In this document: positions 56,378 to 64,000 of the stretch, piece by piece
Layout of the letters: each line of letters begins with the position of its first letter
Position numbering within the stretch: position 1 is the stretch's first letter
Assembly: GCA_000993405.1 (NCBI GenBank)
Contig: LBWB01000001.1
Span: forward strand, 5,229-69,228
DNA from: Candidatus Woesebacteria bacterium GW2011_GWB1_39_12
Lineage (GTDB): Bacteria; Patescibacteriota; Microgenomatia; UBA8517
DNA: 64,000 nt
Direction: 5' to 3'
Translations under genes and position numbers: made by a program
Notes under the pieces: generated by a model
What the model was told of the DNA's origin: nothing
Databases searched by the model: none
The model's input: the letters and a program-made list of their open reading frames with translations, nothing else

Positions 56378-57178
56378 TTACTTCAAAGGAACCCCGTCTT
56401 TTAGAAAGGAAGTTGGCAGAGTTTTGCAAAATTCTTCTCCCCATTCAATTGGAATAATTCGAAGATCAACATTGTATTTACTTAACAATTTCTTTACTTC
56501 ACTAACATTTTCTTCAGGAACTTCAATGTGAGTAAAATTCGAAATTGGAATTGGAGTTTCTGAACGAGACTCATGGGAACTATAAACTTTTGCCATATTA
56601 GCCTCTTTAAATGCACCATTTTTAATTCCGATTAGAACTGGATAATTGTTCTTAATATCTGACACACCGCCATTTATGTAATCTTTCAAACTGAGTGGAT
56701 TTTTAGTATATTTGTTTCTGAAAAACGACATTCCTTCATAATTTAGTCGATTTAAATCTCTAAATTTTTTACTAAATAATCTCCGATCATGAATTAGCCC
56801 TAAGAAAGCTATATTTGACACATAATAAAACGCCCCAGAAGCAGTTTGTAATGGATTTCTAAACCTCTTGCCTTTTTCGTAATGGATTTGTGCATACAGC
56901 GCGGAATAAGTTCGTGATGGGGATAAGGAGACTGTATAAACATCACCTCTAGTGTAATCCAAAGGATCTTTGTGAGGCACAAGGCCTCCTTTTTTGATGA
57001 TTTCAATTAAAACATCAGTTACATTTTCGCCACGGTAATGATATTTGCCCGTTCCGTGCCACCTCCAACTTTGCTCATATAGATTTTTAATAAGGGGGAT
57101 ATTTTTAGTATATTCCTCGGAGGTTTTAACAGTATTGTCTGGTAACCCAATAAGTATTGTAGATATTAGAGTTTGCAT
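56378..57178 (-). CDS. hypothetical protein (266 aa)
   Basis: Complete ORF with no motif. It is divergent from the 57255 gene. Confidence 0.5.
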   Translation of the reverse strand: MQTLISTILIGLPDNTVKTSEEYTKNIPLIKNLYEQSWRWHGTGKYHYRGENVTDVLIEIIKKGGLVPHKDPLDYTRGDVYTVSLSPSRTYSALYAQIHYEKGKRFRNPLQTASGAFYYVSNIAFLGLIHDRRLFSKKFRDLNRLNYEGMSFFRNKYTKNPLSLKDYINGGVSDIKNNYPVLIGIKNGAFKEANMAKVYSSHESRSETPIPISNFTHIEVPEENVSEVKKLLSKYNVDLRIIPIEWGEEFCKTLPTSFLKDGVPLK

Positions 57179-57254
57179 AGAACTAATTGTTTCAAATTTT
57201 ACATCAAAAGCGGGTTCGAATTTACTTGAACACGGTTAATAATTATAATAACAG

Positions 57255-58287
57255 TATGAGTTCAGAAGAAAACAATCATAATTTTACACCCGCGGAGTCT
57301 AAACAGATTCAAAATTTCTTTAGAGGTAATAAAGAAATCGAGCAATCTGCTATACGATCGCGAAACGTAAAAGCGATGATTGGCGGAATGATGACTTTAA
57401 TCCCAGAGGAAGTACATCAATCTGGATTTCTTAAGGATGAAAAATTTATTGATGTTTTAGAAAACTTTGCAGATTTGGAATGCACATTTAATGACTGGCT
57501 AGATTTTTCTTTATCAGGTAAGGATTCATTAGGTCAAGAAACACAACTAGCAAACGAACGCGATACGCGCGCAAAGAGAGAACTGGACGACTCGTTACTA
57601 GTACTAGATAATCCCGCAGAAGCATTTAGAATTAAAGGTTTAATTGAAGATAGCCGCAGAGAAACAGAAATTATAGATAATTATATAAGAACTAGAGGTA
57701 AAGATATTTCAGTAGAAGAGTCGATGAAATATAGAATATTGGCTGGGACGATATTTAATTGTGCGGCAGTGTCAATCATATTAGGTCGAGAGAAAACCCA
57801 ACAATTTACATCTCACATATCAGATGAAGATCTAAACTACGAAAATATATACAAAAAATACGAATGGATATTTGAGGGAAGGACAAACAATAAGATCGAG
57901 AGAACTGTTGTCATAATGGAAAGGGTGGCATCATTTATGCAGATAGACGATGATTGGGCAGGTATTGATATAGATACAGCATTAAACGTTCCCTCGGTAG
58001 CGATTGTTGCATTAAATGAATTCAACGGTGATAGAGTAAAAGCTGCGGAAAAATTAAAGGCTTTAAGAGCTTCGATCGTAGAGGACACCAAAAAACAAGG
58101 CCTTGGTTTGCTACCAACAGAAGGTTTGAGCTTAGCAACGAAACTTTTATATAAAGCAAGTGAAATAGTGGTAAATGCAACCATGGAACATTATGAATTT
58201 CTTTCAAAATTTGAAAAATTTCGTGACAGAATGGGGACACCAACTTTTTTGCAGCGTGAACGTGCCTATATACGGGGTGAACTTTAA
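57255..58287 (+). CDS. hypothetical protein (about 344 aa; the ORF could start at 57187)
   Basis: Complete ORF with no motif. A stem-loop caaacctttaa-N17-ttaaaggtttg follows the stop. Confidence 0.5.
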
Positions 58288-58464
58288 TTTTAAAATCAAA
58301 CCTTTAACAACACATTTTTATTATTAAAGGTTTGGGACAAAGAACAGAAAAGTTTGATAAATTAGGATTGCTTAATAAAAGCAAAATGCAAGCACTTTGC
58401 TCGCAATCCTTATTTTCTCCCCCTCTTTAGAGTTCTTTGTCCATCAACCGGCTTTATTTAGCAC

Positions 58465-58689
58465 TCAATCGCTCTTATCATTTCCTGGCGGAATTGCTAA
58501 GAAAAACACGAAACCCCAAACTATGGTTCCCACGAAAATTACAGTGAAGGCTTGACCCAGATTAAAGTCCGGGTTCTTTGACATTGAAAGGATTGCCATA
58601 GCACCTACAAAAAGGCAACCCAAAGTCCATAACAGCCTTTCATGCTTTTCTATAAATTTCCACATTTTAGCCTCGCTTTCTGAATTCAA
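58465..58689 (-). CDS. small 2-TM membrane protein (74 aa)
   Basis: LWTLGCLFVGAMAILSM and FTVIFVGTIVWGFVFFLAI are hydrophobic helices. A nested hairpin terminator lies at 58367-58415. Confidence 0.4.
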   Translation of the reverse strand: MNSESEAKMWKFIEKHERLLWTLGCLFVGAMAILSMSKNPDFNLGQAFTVIFVGTIVWGFVFFLAIPPGNDKSD

Positions 58690-58960
58690 ATGTATGAGGT
58701 GCCGGTAATGGAATTATATCAAATTTTTAGTTCATCTGCATTGTTATAGGGTCTTATTACACCGTTTTGTATTGACTCAAGTTGTCGGAAAATGTTATAA
58801 AAAATTGGAATCAACACGTCAAGAACCGCTTTTTTAATGGTGCAATCGGACAACGAGAAGCGATTTTTAGTTGATTCCACCAATTACGCCATTTGAGTTT
58901 TGTTCCTTAAAAATTTTTGCATTTGTTTCTTTCTTTTTAAGGAAAAGAATACGAGCGGAC

Positions 58961-58996
58961 TTTTTTGAAACGCGCCGCGTGCGGGTGCGCGGCGAC
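58961..58996 (+). repeat. GC-rich hairpin element, copy 2 (CGCCGCG-UGCGGGUG-CGCGGCG), inverted relative to copy 1
   Basis: It shares AAACGCG..GCG.TGCGGG.GC.GCG with the 56196 element. It lies immediately 3' of tRNA-Leu(TAG) and is preceded by a T6 run. Confidence 0.6.
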
Positions 58997-59009
58997 TACT
59001 CCCAATCTG

Positions 59010-59094
59010 TGCCGAGGAGAGGACTCGAACCTCCACGTCTTATCAAGACACACGCTCCTAAAGCGTGCCTGTCTACCAATTTCAGCACCCCGGC
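59010..59094 (-). tRNA. tRNA-Leu (anticodon TAG), type II
   Basis: Minus-strand fold with acceptor gccgggg/cctcggc, a D arm gctgaaattggtagacag, an anticodon loop ttTAGga, a long variable arm and a T arm gaggttcgagtcctc. Confidence 0.85.
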
Positions 59095-59133
59095 TTATAC
59101 TCAAAAAAAGAAGACAAACGTATTATAGCAAGT

Positions 59134-59649
59134 TTAGAGATCAAACTCGACAGGGACAGAGTCGATTTTTTCCATGAAGTACTTAACCTTCCAGCTCCAG
59201 GTGGAGGAAGGAGGAGCGTAGCGACGCGCTATTTTTGAAATATTTGTTGCGCCTTTGTCATAATATTTTTCCCTTAAGGCCCTGGAGACTATCTCGATTG
59301 ATTCTTCCCAAGACTTGAATTGGTAATTCCCATTTGCCCAGCCGTATGCATTGTATGAATTTTTAGGAATGTGTTTACCGAAAGTTGATTCAACTCCCGA
59401 AATAGCAGGTACGAGTCTCCAGTCTATTTGGTAAATATCCGCATACATAATAAATTTGTCTGCATCATCTGCAAGCGGAGAGTTATGGCTCTCTAGATAA
59501 CTTCTGAGAATTTTAGTTCGATAATCAATATCGTAATTTCTGTTGGCCACAAAAACTTTAGCCGATTCACTCACGTTGGTATCAGCCGAAGCAAGATCAG
59601 CATATATAAGTTTAAATATTAGGATGGATAAGAAAATAATTTTTCTCAT
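59134..59649 (-). CDS. secreted peptidoglycan hydrolase-like protein (paralog of 60650..61273)
   Basis: A signal peptide MRKIIFLSILIFKLIYADLASA, then VPAISGVESTFGKH..YNAYGWANG, similar to the ESG..CWGWG segment of the paralog. The fold is not assigned with confidence. Confidence 0.5.
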   Translation of the reverse strand: MRKIIFLSILIFKLIYADLASADTNVSESAKVFVANRNYDIDYRTKILRSYLESHNSPLADDADKFIMYADIYQIDWRLVPAISGVESTFGKHIPKNSYNAYGWANGNYQFKSWEESIEIVSRALREKYYDKGATNISKIARRYAPPSSTWSWKVKYFMEKIDSVPVEFDL

Positions 59650-59660
59650 GAATGTTTCCC

Positions 59661-59690
59661 AAAAAAAACAGGGTACCTGACGGTACCCTG
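59661..59690 (-). terminator. perfect 9-bp hairpin plus U8, 11 nt upstream of the start codon of 59134..59649
   Basis: The minus-strand RNA reads cagggtacc-guca-ggtaccctg, then uuuuuuuu, then gggaaacauuc, then AUG. Confidence 0.6.
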
Positions 59691-59823
59691 TCGTATAATT
59701 CTGACGCTCATCCGAGTCAGACTCGGTTTGCCTCAAAACGTGGAAGTACTATAACATATTACTATGAGATTGTCAAGATTGACGATGTAATAGCTAATTT
59801 ACGTAACTATGGGGTTTTGCGGT

Positions 59824-60573
59824 TTAACCTTTCTTGGCAAGAATGAAGATTGATGGACCAAAACTGATTTTAGCAAGTAGGGTTTGAAGATATTTTTCAA
59901 AAAATAAGAGGGTTTCTTTAGGTAAATATTTCTTGAAAAATAGACTTCTAATATTAGAGACAGACCTTTCTTCTAATATGCTGAAGCCATATTTTTTTAA
60001 GAATTCTCTAATCGTATCGGGGTGATAGTTTTTGAAAGGAATACTATTTTTTTTAGTTTTTTTGCCTGTAACATCTTTGGGGAATATATCCAGCCAGAAG
60101 GTAAAATTTCCACGAAAAAATTCTGAAAATGTTGCTTTGAGGTGTCTTTTATTGGCAAACTCAATTATTAAGTAGCCGTTTTTTTTGATTAGTTTTTCGA
60201 TAACGGCAAAAGTTTCCTCCAGATTTTCCATATGGTGAAGTACTCTGACAAGAATAATAAGGTCCATTGACTTTCTTTTTAATTTTGTGGGCAGATTTTC
60301 AAGGCAAGAATGAATAAATTTAATTTTTTTGCTTTTAAAATTACCTCTTGCGATCTTTAGAAGTCTGCCGGAAGGGTCAGATAAAATTATGTGAGTGGCT
60401 CGATAAATATAAGATGGAGTGAGTCTTCCGTAACCAGTTCCTATTTCAAGAATTGACTCAATTTTTGGAATTTTTTTTAGAAAAGACTTTATGGCATATA
60501 TCTCTGCTTCGTGTTCATATTCTCGCCCTTCCCAGTAGGAAGGATAATCGTATGTGTCATAATGCGCGGTCAT
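59824..60573 (-). CDS. class I SAM-dependent methyltransferase
   Basis: Motif I ILEIGTGYGRL and motif post-I LSDPS. The length is 249 aa. Confidence 0.7.
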   Translation of the reverse strand: MTAHYDTYDYPSYWEGREYEHEAEIYAIKSFLKKIPKIESILEIGTGYGRLTPSYIYRATHIILSDPSGRLLKIARGNFKSKKIKFIHSCLENLPTKLKRKSMDLIILVRVLHHMENLEETFAVIEKLIKKNGYLIIEFANKRHLKATFSEFFRGNFTFWLDIFPKDVTGKKTKKNSIPFKNYHPDTIREFLKKYGFSILEERSVSNIRSLFFKKYLPKETLLFFEKYLQTLLAKISFGPSIFILAKKG

Positions 60574-60649
60574 AATAAAAGGTGGTCAGTGATTAGTGAT
60601 TGGTGATTAGCAAATAGAATTTTAGCAGAGTTTGTAAAGATTGGTAAAC

Positions 60650-61273
60650 TTACTTCATCTGATTCATGTAAAAAGAAACTCCCTCGGCCCAGGTTGTAGA
60701 GGAAGGGTGGGCATATTTTTCCATGATTTCCTCAACGGTGACATAACCAAGATCGATGTAATTTTCCTTTAATCCTTTTGAAACGGTTTCAATAGCCTCT
60801 TCGTAAGAGTCAAAGCCAAGAGTTCCTTCGCTATGGATTCCCCAACCCCAGCAATTATGGCTTCCTTCCGGTATTACTCTGCAGAGACCAGATTCTTTCT
60901 GGGCTATTGCGGAAAGTAGTCGGAAGTCAAGGCCGTATCTATCTGCTGTTTGAACGATAAAATCAGCATAAGAAAAAAGTGGAGAGTTGTTCGCCCCCAA
61001 GTATTCTCTTATGATTTCACTTCTGGCATCTGCCCCCGTTACTTCACCCGTGATAGAGGGTGTACTGTCGGGTAAGGAAGCATAAACCTGGACTCCGGGT
61101 TTTGGCGAATCAATGAAATTAAGTGACTGGGCTGATTTTGTTGTGGATTCGGAACCTGAGATTGCGAAAAGTGCCAGAACGCTTGCAAATAAGGTAATCG
61201 GGGTTATGGTAAAAAAAACAAATGTCAGAATAAGCTTTTTGAAGAATGAATCGGAAGTTTGGTGGGTTTCCAT
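60650..61273 (-). CDS. secreted peptidoglycan hydrolase-like protein (paralog of 59134..59649)
   Basis: An N-terminal TM/signal, then LLSAIAQKESGLC..HNCWGWGI. The ESG motif is reminiscent of lytic transglycosylase/glucosaminidase catalytic Glu regions. Confidence 0.5.
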   Translation of the reverse strand: METHQTSDSFFKKLILTFVFFTITPITLFASVLALFAISGSESTTKSAQSLNFIDSPKPGVQVYASLPDSTPSITGEVTGADARSEIIREYLGANNSPLFSYADFIVQTADRYGLDFRLLSAIAQKESGLCRVIPEGSHNCWGWGIHSEGTLGFDSYEEAIETVSKGLKENYIDLGYVTVEEIMEKYAHPSSTTWAEGVSFYMNQMK

Positions 61274-61354
61274 AAGGGTTTTAAATCCTACGTCAGAATG
61301 CCACAGTTTAGGTCATAAAGTCAAGTAACCCGTGTTTAAATTTTAAATACTTTG

Positions 61355-61426
61355 TGAGCCGCGGAGGATTCGGACCTCCAACCTTTTCCTTAAGAGGGAA
61401 TTGCTCTACCATTGAGCTAGCGGCCC
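61355..61426 (-). tRNA. tRNA-Lys (anticodon CTT)
   Basis: Minus-strand fold with acceptor gggccgc/gcggctc, D arm tagctcaatggtagagc, anticodon loop ctCTTaa and T arm ggaggtccgaatcctcc. One A-A mismatch closes the anticodon stem. Confidence 0.7.
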
Positions 61427-61569
61427 TCGTCCTTTTCAAACTTTCTTTTAGTAAAAGAAAGTTTGGCAAAGAAAATAATACAGTTTCTTCACCAATCCTC
61501 CTCTCAAAATTGCAGGGCAATTTTGTTTAGATTAAAGAAATTACGGTATCTATTTTAACAAATTTGAAT

Positions 61570-62832
61570 CTATTTTGCGAATTCTGTAGAAAAAACTGCG
61601 ACAGACGTTTCTCCGGGTTCGATGTCCGAGAATATTGTCTTAGGTTCAAGTTCGATATCCAAATTAAATTTACTCGATCTGATTTTTTCATCCCCGTTCC
61701 AGATAGTCTGACCTTTGTTTTTAATTAGCGCGATGCCGCCTTCTAACCTCCCGTTGCTTGGGAAAATGGGGGGAAAAATTATTGACAGAACGTCAATAGA
61801 GACAACTTGTACGGGTTTACCTTGTTTTTTAGGCAATTTTTGCATCTCGTAATAAAATTCATAAAAGCTTCCGTCCTTTTTCTTCCAGGAAAATATGTCA
61901 AAAGGTGGAGTTTGATAGTTTAGAATAAAAGGAGTCACCGCGACGACTCTTTCGTCGTTCCAGGCAAGCTCAAAGGCACCTTTCAGATTGTCTGTGGTGC
62001 TTTTTGTGTCTTTGTAGCCGTTAGAATTAGATTCCATGTCGTGAGCCCAGCCCGTTTCGGTTATGAATATTGGTAGTTTTTTGCTAACGCCCATTTTTTC
62101 CAATAATTTAAGTTCCCACTCAAAAGTGAGAACAGTCCCTCGGCCCACATCATCCTGGGAACCTGAAAAGTTGGGATTTGGGTATGAGTGTGAAGCCCAG
62201 CCGTCAACATTATTAAAAACATCAGGGTTATGAGAAATCATTTTTGTGAGAAATTCAGTCTCGCTCATTGTGTCTTTAGCGTTAGGCGCTGAAGCGTCAA
62301 ATCCGGCCGGAAGGATAAAAAAATCTTGATTTTGGGATTTAAGTTTATTAGAGAAAACCTCCAAGTAATCGGCATATTCTTCAGGATTAATTTCACCACC
62401 CCATTCTTTGGCGTGATTTGGTTCATTACCGATAACAACGTATCTGTTTTTGACGACCCAGTTAAGAGAACTGAGGAACGATACCCAACCGTCGATTTCG
62501 TCGAAACTCGGCTTTTCCCAACCATCTTCCATTTGTTTTGTGGCAATTCTTACAATTGGGATTAGATGAAGCCGGCGCATTTTATCGAATACTTTTTGCC
62601 AGCGCTTTGAATCTCGCTCGTCGGATCTTATGACAAAAGTCACGTATCCCCAGTCCCCGCCTCCCGAATTTACTAATTTAGCCGCATCTTCAAGATCATT
62701 TTCATCCAGAATGTGAATACCGAAAGAATTATTTGGAACGGACAAAGGATTTTCAGCAGCCTTTATATTGGTACTAGAAATTAAAATAAGAATTACTGTT
62801 ATCGTGAACACTCGTATTATTTTTTTTAGCAT
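61570..62832 (-). CDS. secreted glycoside hydrolase, GH5-like TIM barrel
   Basis: A signal peptide, then VVIGNEPN (the acid/base Glu in NEP) and FITETGW (the nucleophile Glu), typical of clan GH-A. Confidence 0.65.
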   Translation of the reverse strand: MLKKIIRVFTITVILILISSTNIKAAENPLSVPNNSFGIHILDENDLEDAAKLVNSGGGDWGYVTFVIRSDERDSKRWQKVFDKMRRLHLIPIVRIATKQMEDGWEKPSFDEIDGWVSFLSSLNWVVKNRYVVIGNEPNHAKEWGGEINPEEYADYLEVFSNKLKSQNQDFFILPAGFDASAPNAKDTMSETEFLTKMISHNPDVFNNVDGWASHSYPNPNFSGSQDDVGRGTVLTFEWELKLLEKMGVSKKLPIFITETGWAHDMESNSNGYKDTKSTTDNLKGAFELAWNDERVVAVTPFILNYQTPPFDIFSWKKKDGSFYEFYYEMQKLPKKQGKPVQVVSIDVLSIIFPPIFPSNGRLEGGIALIKNKGQTIWNGDEKIRSSKFNLDIELEPKTIFSDIEPGETSVAVFSTEFAK

Positions 62833-62909
62833 ATCTAACTATTCTACAGGGTTATTTCCAGCTTCTAAAGCTGGTATCGGTTTGATATAATAACGGCACG
62901 GTTGGGTAT

Positions 62910-62994
62910 GCCCTCGTGGCGGAACTGGCAGACGCGCAGCGTTCAGAACGCTGTCTCGTTTAACGAGGTAGGGGTTCAAATCCTCTCGAGGGCA
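62910..62994 (+). tRNA. tRNA-Leu (anticodon CAG), type II
   Basis: Acceptor gccctcg/cgagggc, anticodon loop ttCAGaa, a long variable arm and T arm aggggttcaaatcctct. Confidence 0.85.
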
Positions 62995-63001
62995 CTACTA
63001 C

Positions 63002-63083
63002 GCGCGGGTGGCGAAATTGGTAGACGCGTACGCCTAAGGAGCGTATGGAGCAATCCTTGCAGGTTCAAGTCCTGTCCCGCGCA
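63002..63083 (+). tRNA. tRNA-Leu with an apparent anticodon AAG (A34), type II
   Basis: A perfect acceptor gcgcggg/cccgcgc, anticodon stem tacgc/gcgta, loop ctAAGga, a long variable arm and T arm caggttcaagtcctg. Confidence 0.7.
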
Positions 63084-63130
63084 CTACGCGGTCGCTTTCA
63101 TCGTAAGATGTAAGAGACCGAATGAAATGA

Positions 63131-63204
63131 GGTCGCTTAGCTCAGTTGGTTAGAGCGTTCGGTTTACATCCGAAAGGTCGGGGGTTCGATCCCCTCAGCG
63201 ACCA
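63131..63204 (+). tRNA. tRNA-Val (anticodon TAC)
   Basis: Acceptor ggtcgct/agcgacc, D arm tagctcagttggttagagc, anticodon loop ttTACat and T arm gggggttcgatcccctc. Confidence 0.85.
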
Positions 63205-63247
63205 CTAGTCTTTCCCTATTATATTTTGTTAGAATAACGGAAATTGA

Positions 63248-63270
63248 GCCGAGTTAGCCAAGGGGGTGAC
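63248..63270 (+). repeat. 23-nt copy of the 5' end of tRNA-Phe (gccgagttagccaagggggtgac versus gccgagttagccaaggtggtcac)
   Basis: A direct repeat with 2 mismatches to the 5' end of the intact tRNA-Phe 300 nt downstream. It brackets the small ORF 63278..63535. Confidence 0.6.
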
Positions 63271-63277
63271 AATCTAA

Positions 63278-63535
63278 GTGACTGACGAAAGAATAACTGG
63301 AGAAAACACAATTAGTCATACAGCTTTTATGTATGACGCAACGAAGCCTTTACGTTCATTGCAAGAGTTAGCGAAAATTGAAGGTGTTGAAGGTAAAGGT
63401 GCAAGAACGGTTCTGGCCTCCCTTGAGTTAGAAAAAAATTTAAAACAGCTAAACGAAGGTGAATGTGGGGGTCATTTAACGACCGAGGAATCAATTAGAC
63501 TTGGAATACAGATTGCAGAACAAGGAGGTCATTAA
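63278..63535 (+). CDS. hypothetical small protein (85 aa) between the tRNA-Phe fragment and tRNA-Phe
   Basis: Complete ORF with even composition and no motif. Confidence 0.35.
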   Translation: MTDERITGENTISHTAFMYDATKPLRSLQELAKIEGVEGKGARTVLASLELEKNLKQLNEGECGGHLTTEESIRLGIQIAEQGGH

Positions 63536-63550
63536 ATTAGATAACTATCG

Positions 63551-63623
63551 GCCGAGTTAGCCAAGGTGGTCACGGCGGGCGCCTGAAGAGCGTCAGATCT
63601 CAGTTCGACTCTGAGACTCGGCA
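63551..63623 (+). tRNA. tRNA-Phe (anticodon GAA)
   Basis: Acceptor gccgagt/actcggc, anticodon stem ggcgc/gcgtc, loop ctGAAga and T arm ctcagttcgactctgag. The 3' end reads cc but the CCA is not completed. Confidence 0.85.
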
Positions 63624-63627
63624 CCGT

Positions 63628-63650
63628 GCGGGAGTAGCTCAGTGGTAAGC
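63628..63650 (+). repeat. 23-nt copy of the 5' end of tRNA-Gly (gcgggagtagctcagtggtaagc) directly abutting the tRNA-Phe 3' end
   Basis: It is identical over the first 20 nt to the intact tRNA-Gly 64 nt downstream, then diverges. Confidence 0.6.
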
Positions 63651-63691
63651 AAAGCTTGGCCACTTTACTACTCTCCTCGAAACAGGTTTCT

Positions 63692-63763
63692 GCGGGAGTA
63701 GCTCAGTGGTAGAGCGTCTCGTTGCCAACGAGAAGGCCGCGGGTTCAATCCCCGTCTCCCGCT
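63692..63763 (+). tRNA. tRNA-Gly (anticodon GCC)
   Basis: Acceptor gcgggag/ctcccgc, D arm tagctcagtggtagagc, anticodon loop ttGCCaa and discriminator U. Confidence 0.85.
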
Positions 63764-63830
63764 CAAATTAAAAAAGCTTCTTATTGCTCATTTAACCCTC
63801 CTATATTAGAATCAGTCTTAAGGTTTTTGA

Positions 63831-64000
63831 ATGAAAATTAAATCAAATCTTAATTGGGAGAGAATTCACAGGTTTCAGAAAAAGGAAGGATGGTGCGGTC
63901 CGGCTGTCATACAAATGATTCTTCTTTCGGGAGGTATTCGTAAAACCCAACGCTCAATTGCACAAGCTGTTTATAAAGAGTGGTGGGGAACGGACCAGCA
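63831..64000 (+). CDS. papain-like (C39-like) cysteine peptidase, N-terminal fragment running off the window end
   Basis: MKIKSNLNWERIHRFQKKEGWCGPAVIQMIL.. contains the Q..GWCGPA catalytic Cys motif of C39-like peptidases. It is not in the track because it has no stop inside the window. Confidence 0.5.
   Translation, partial: MKIKSNLNWERIHRFQKKEGWCGPAVIQMILLSGGIRKTQRSIAQAVYKEWWGTDQ

Noticed and set aside
58871-59177. ORFs 58871..59128 and 58965..59177 (plus)
   Set aside because: They overlap tRNA-Leu(TAG) and the GC-rich hairpin element, so they are not coding.
61308-61520. ORF 61308..61520 (minus)
   Set aside because: It overlaps tRNA-Lys(CTT).
62902-63153. ORF 62902..63153 (plus)
   Set aside because: It spans two tRNA-Leu genes.

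Overview
This 64 kb window is AT-rich and gene-dense, and it looks like a reduced-genome bacterium of the CPR/Patescibacteria type. I infer that from truncated housekeeping proteins, many PT-rich surface proteins and a large type IV pilus locus; I cannot confirm it by search. The content in order is as follows. Partial gyrA, a sigma-region-4-only protein, a PspC-domain protein, bcp, an H+-pyrophosphatase, gyrB and holB. A complete type IV pilus locus at 8.8-21.4 kb: pilB-pilT-pilC-pilA-pilD, seven further pilin or pseudopilin genes, then pilM-pilN-pilO. A minus-strand housekeeping run of khpA-rpsP-rnc-ACP-nusB-rpmF, then recG, tyrS and a class A PBP. The conserved thrS .. infC-rpmI-rplT-pheS-pheT block, interrupted by pyrD and a PNPOx-like gene. 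Ten tRNA genes (Val-GAC, Ala-GGC, Leu-TAG, Lys-CTT, Leu-CAG, Leu with an apparent AAG anticodon, Val-TAC, Phe-GAA, Gly-GCC) plus two 5' tRNA fragment copies. Two M20 peptidases flanking a 657-aa orphan protein. A Y-family polymerase with a small upstream partner. A block of secreted or hypothetical proteins at 54-58.7 kb bracketed by two copies of a GC-rich hairpin element next to tRNA-Leu. No transposase, integrase, CRISPR array or rRNA was seen. The most unusual signals are: long pilin leader peptides encoded by tandem low-complexity repeats; terminator-like hairpin plus U-tract structures placed 5-20 nt upstream of three start codons; the inverted GC-rich hairpin pair around an orphan divergent gene pair; tRNA 5' fragment duplications; and a duplicated gyrB 3' end.
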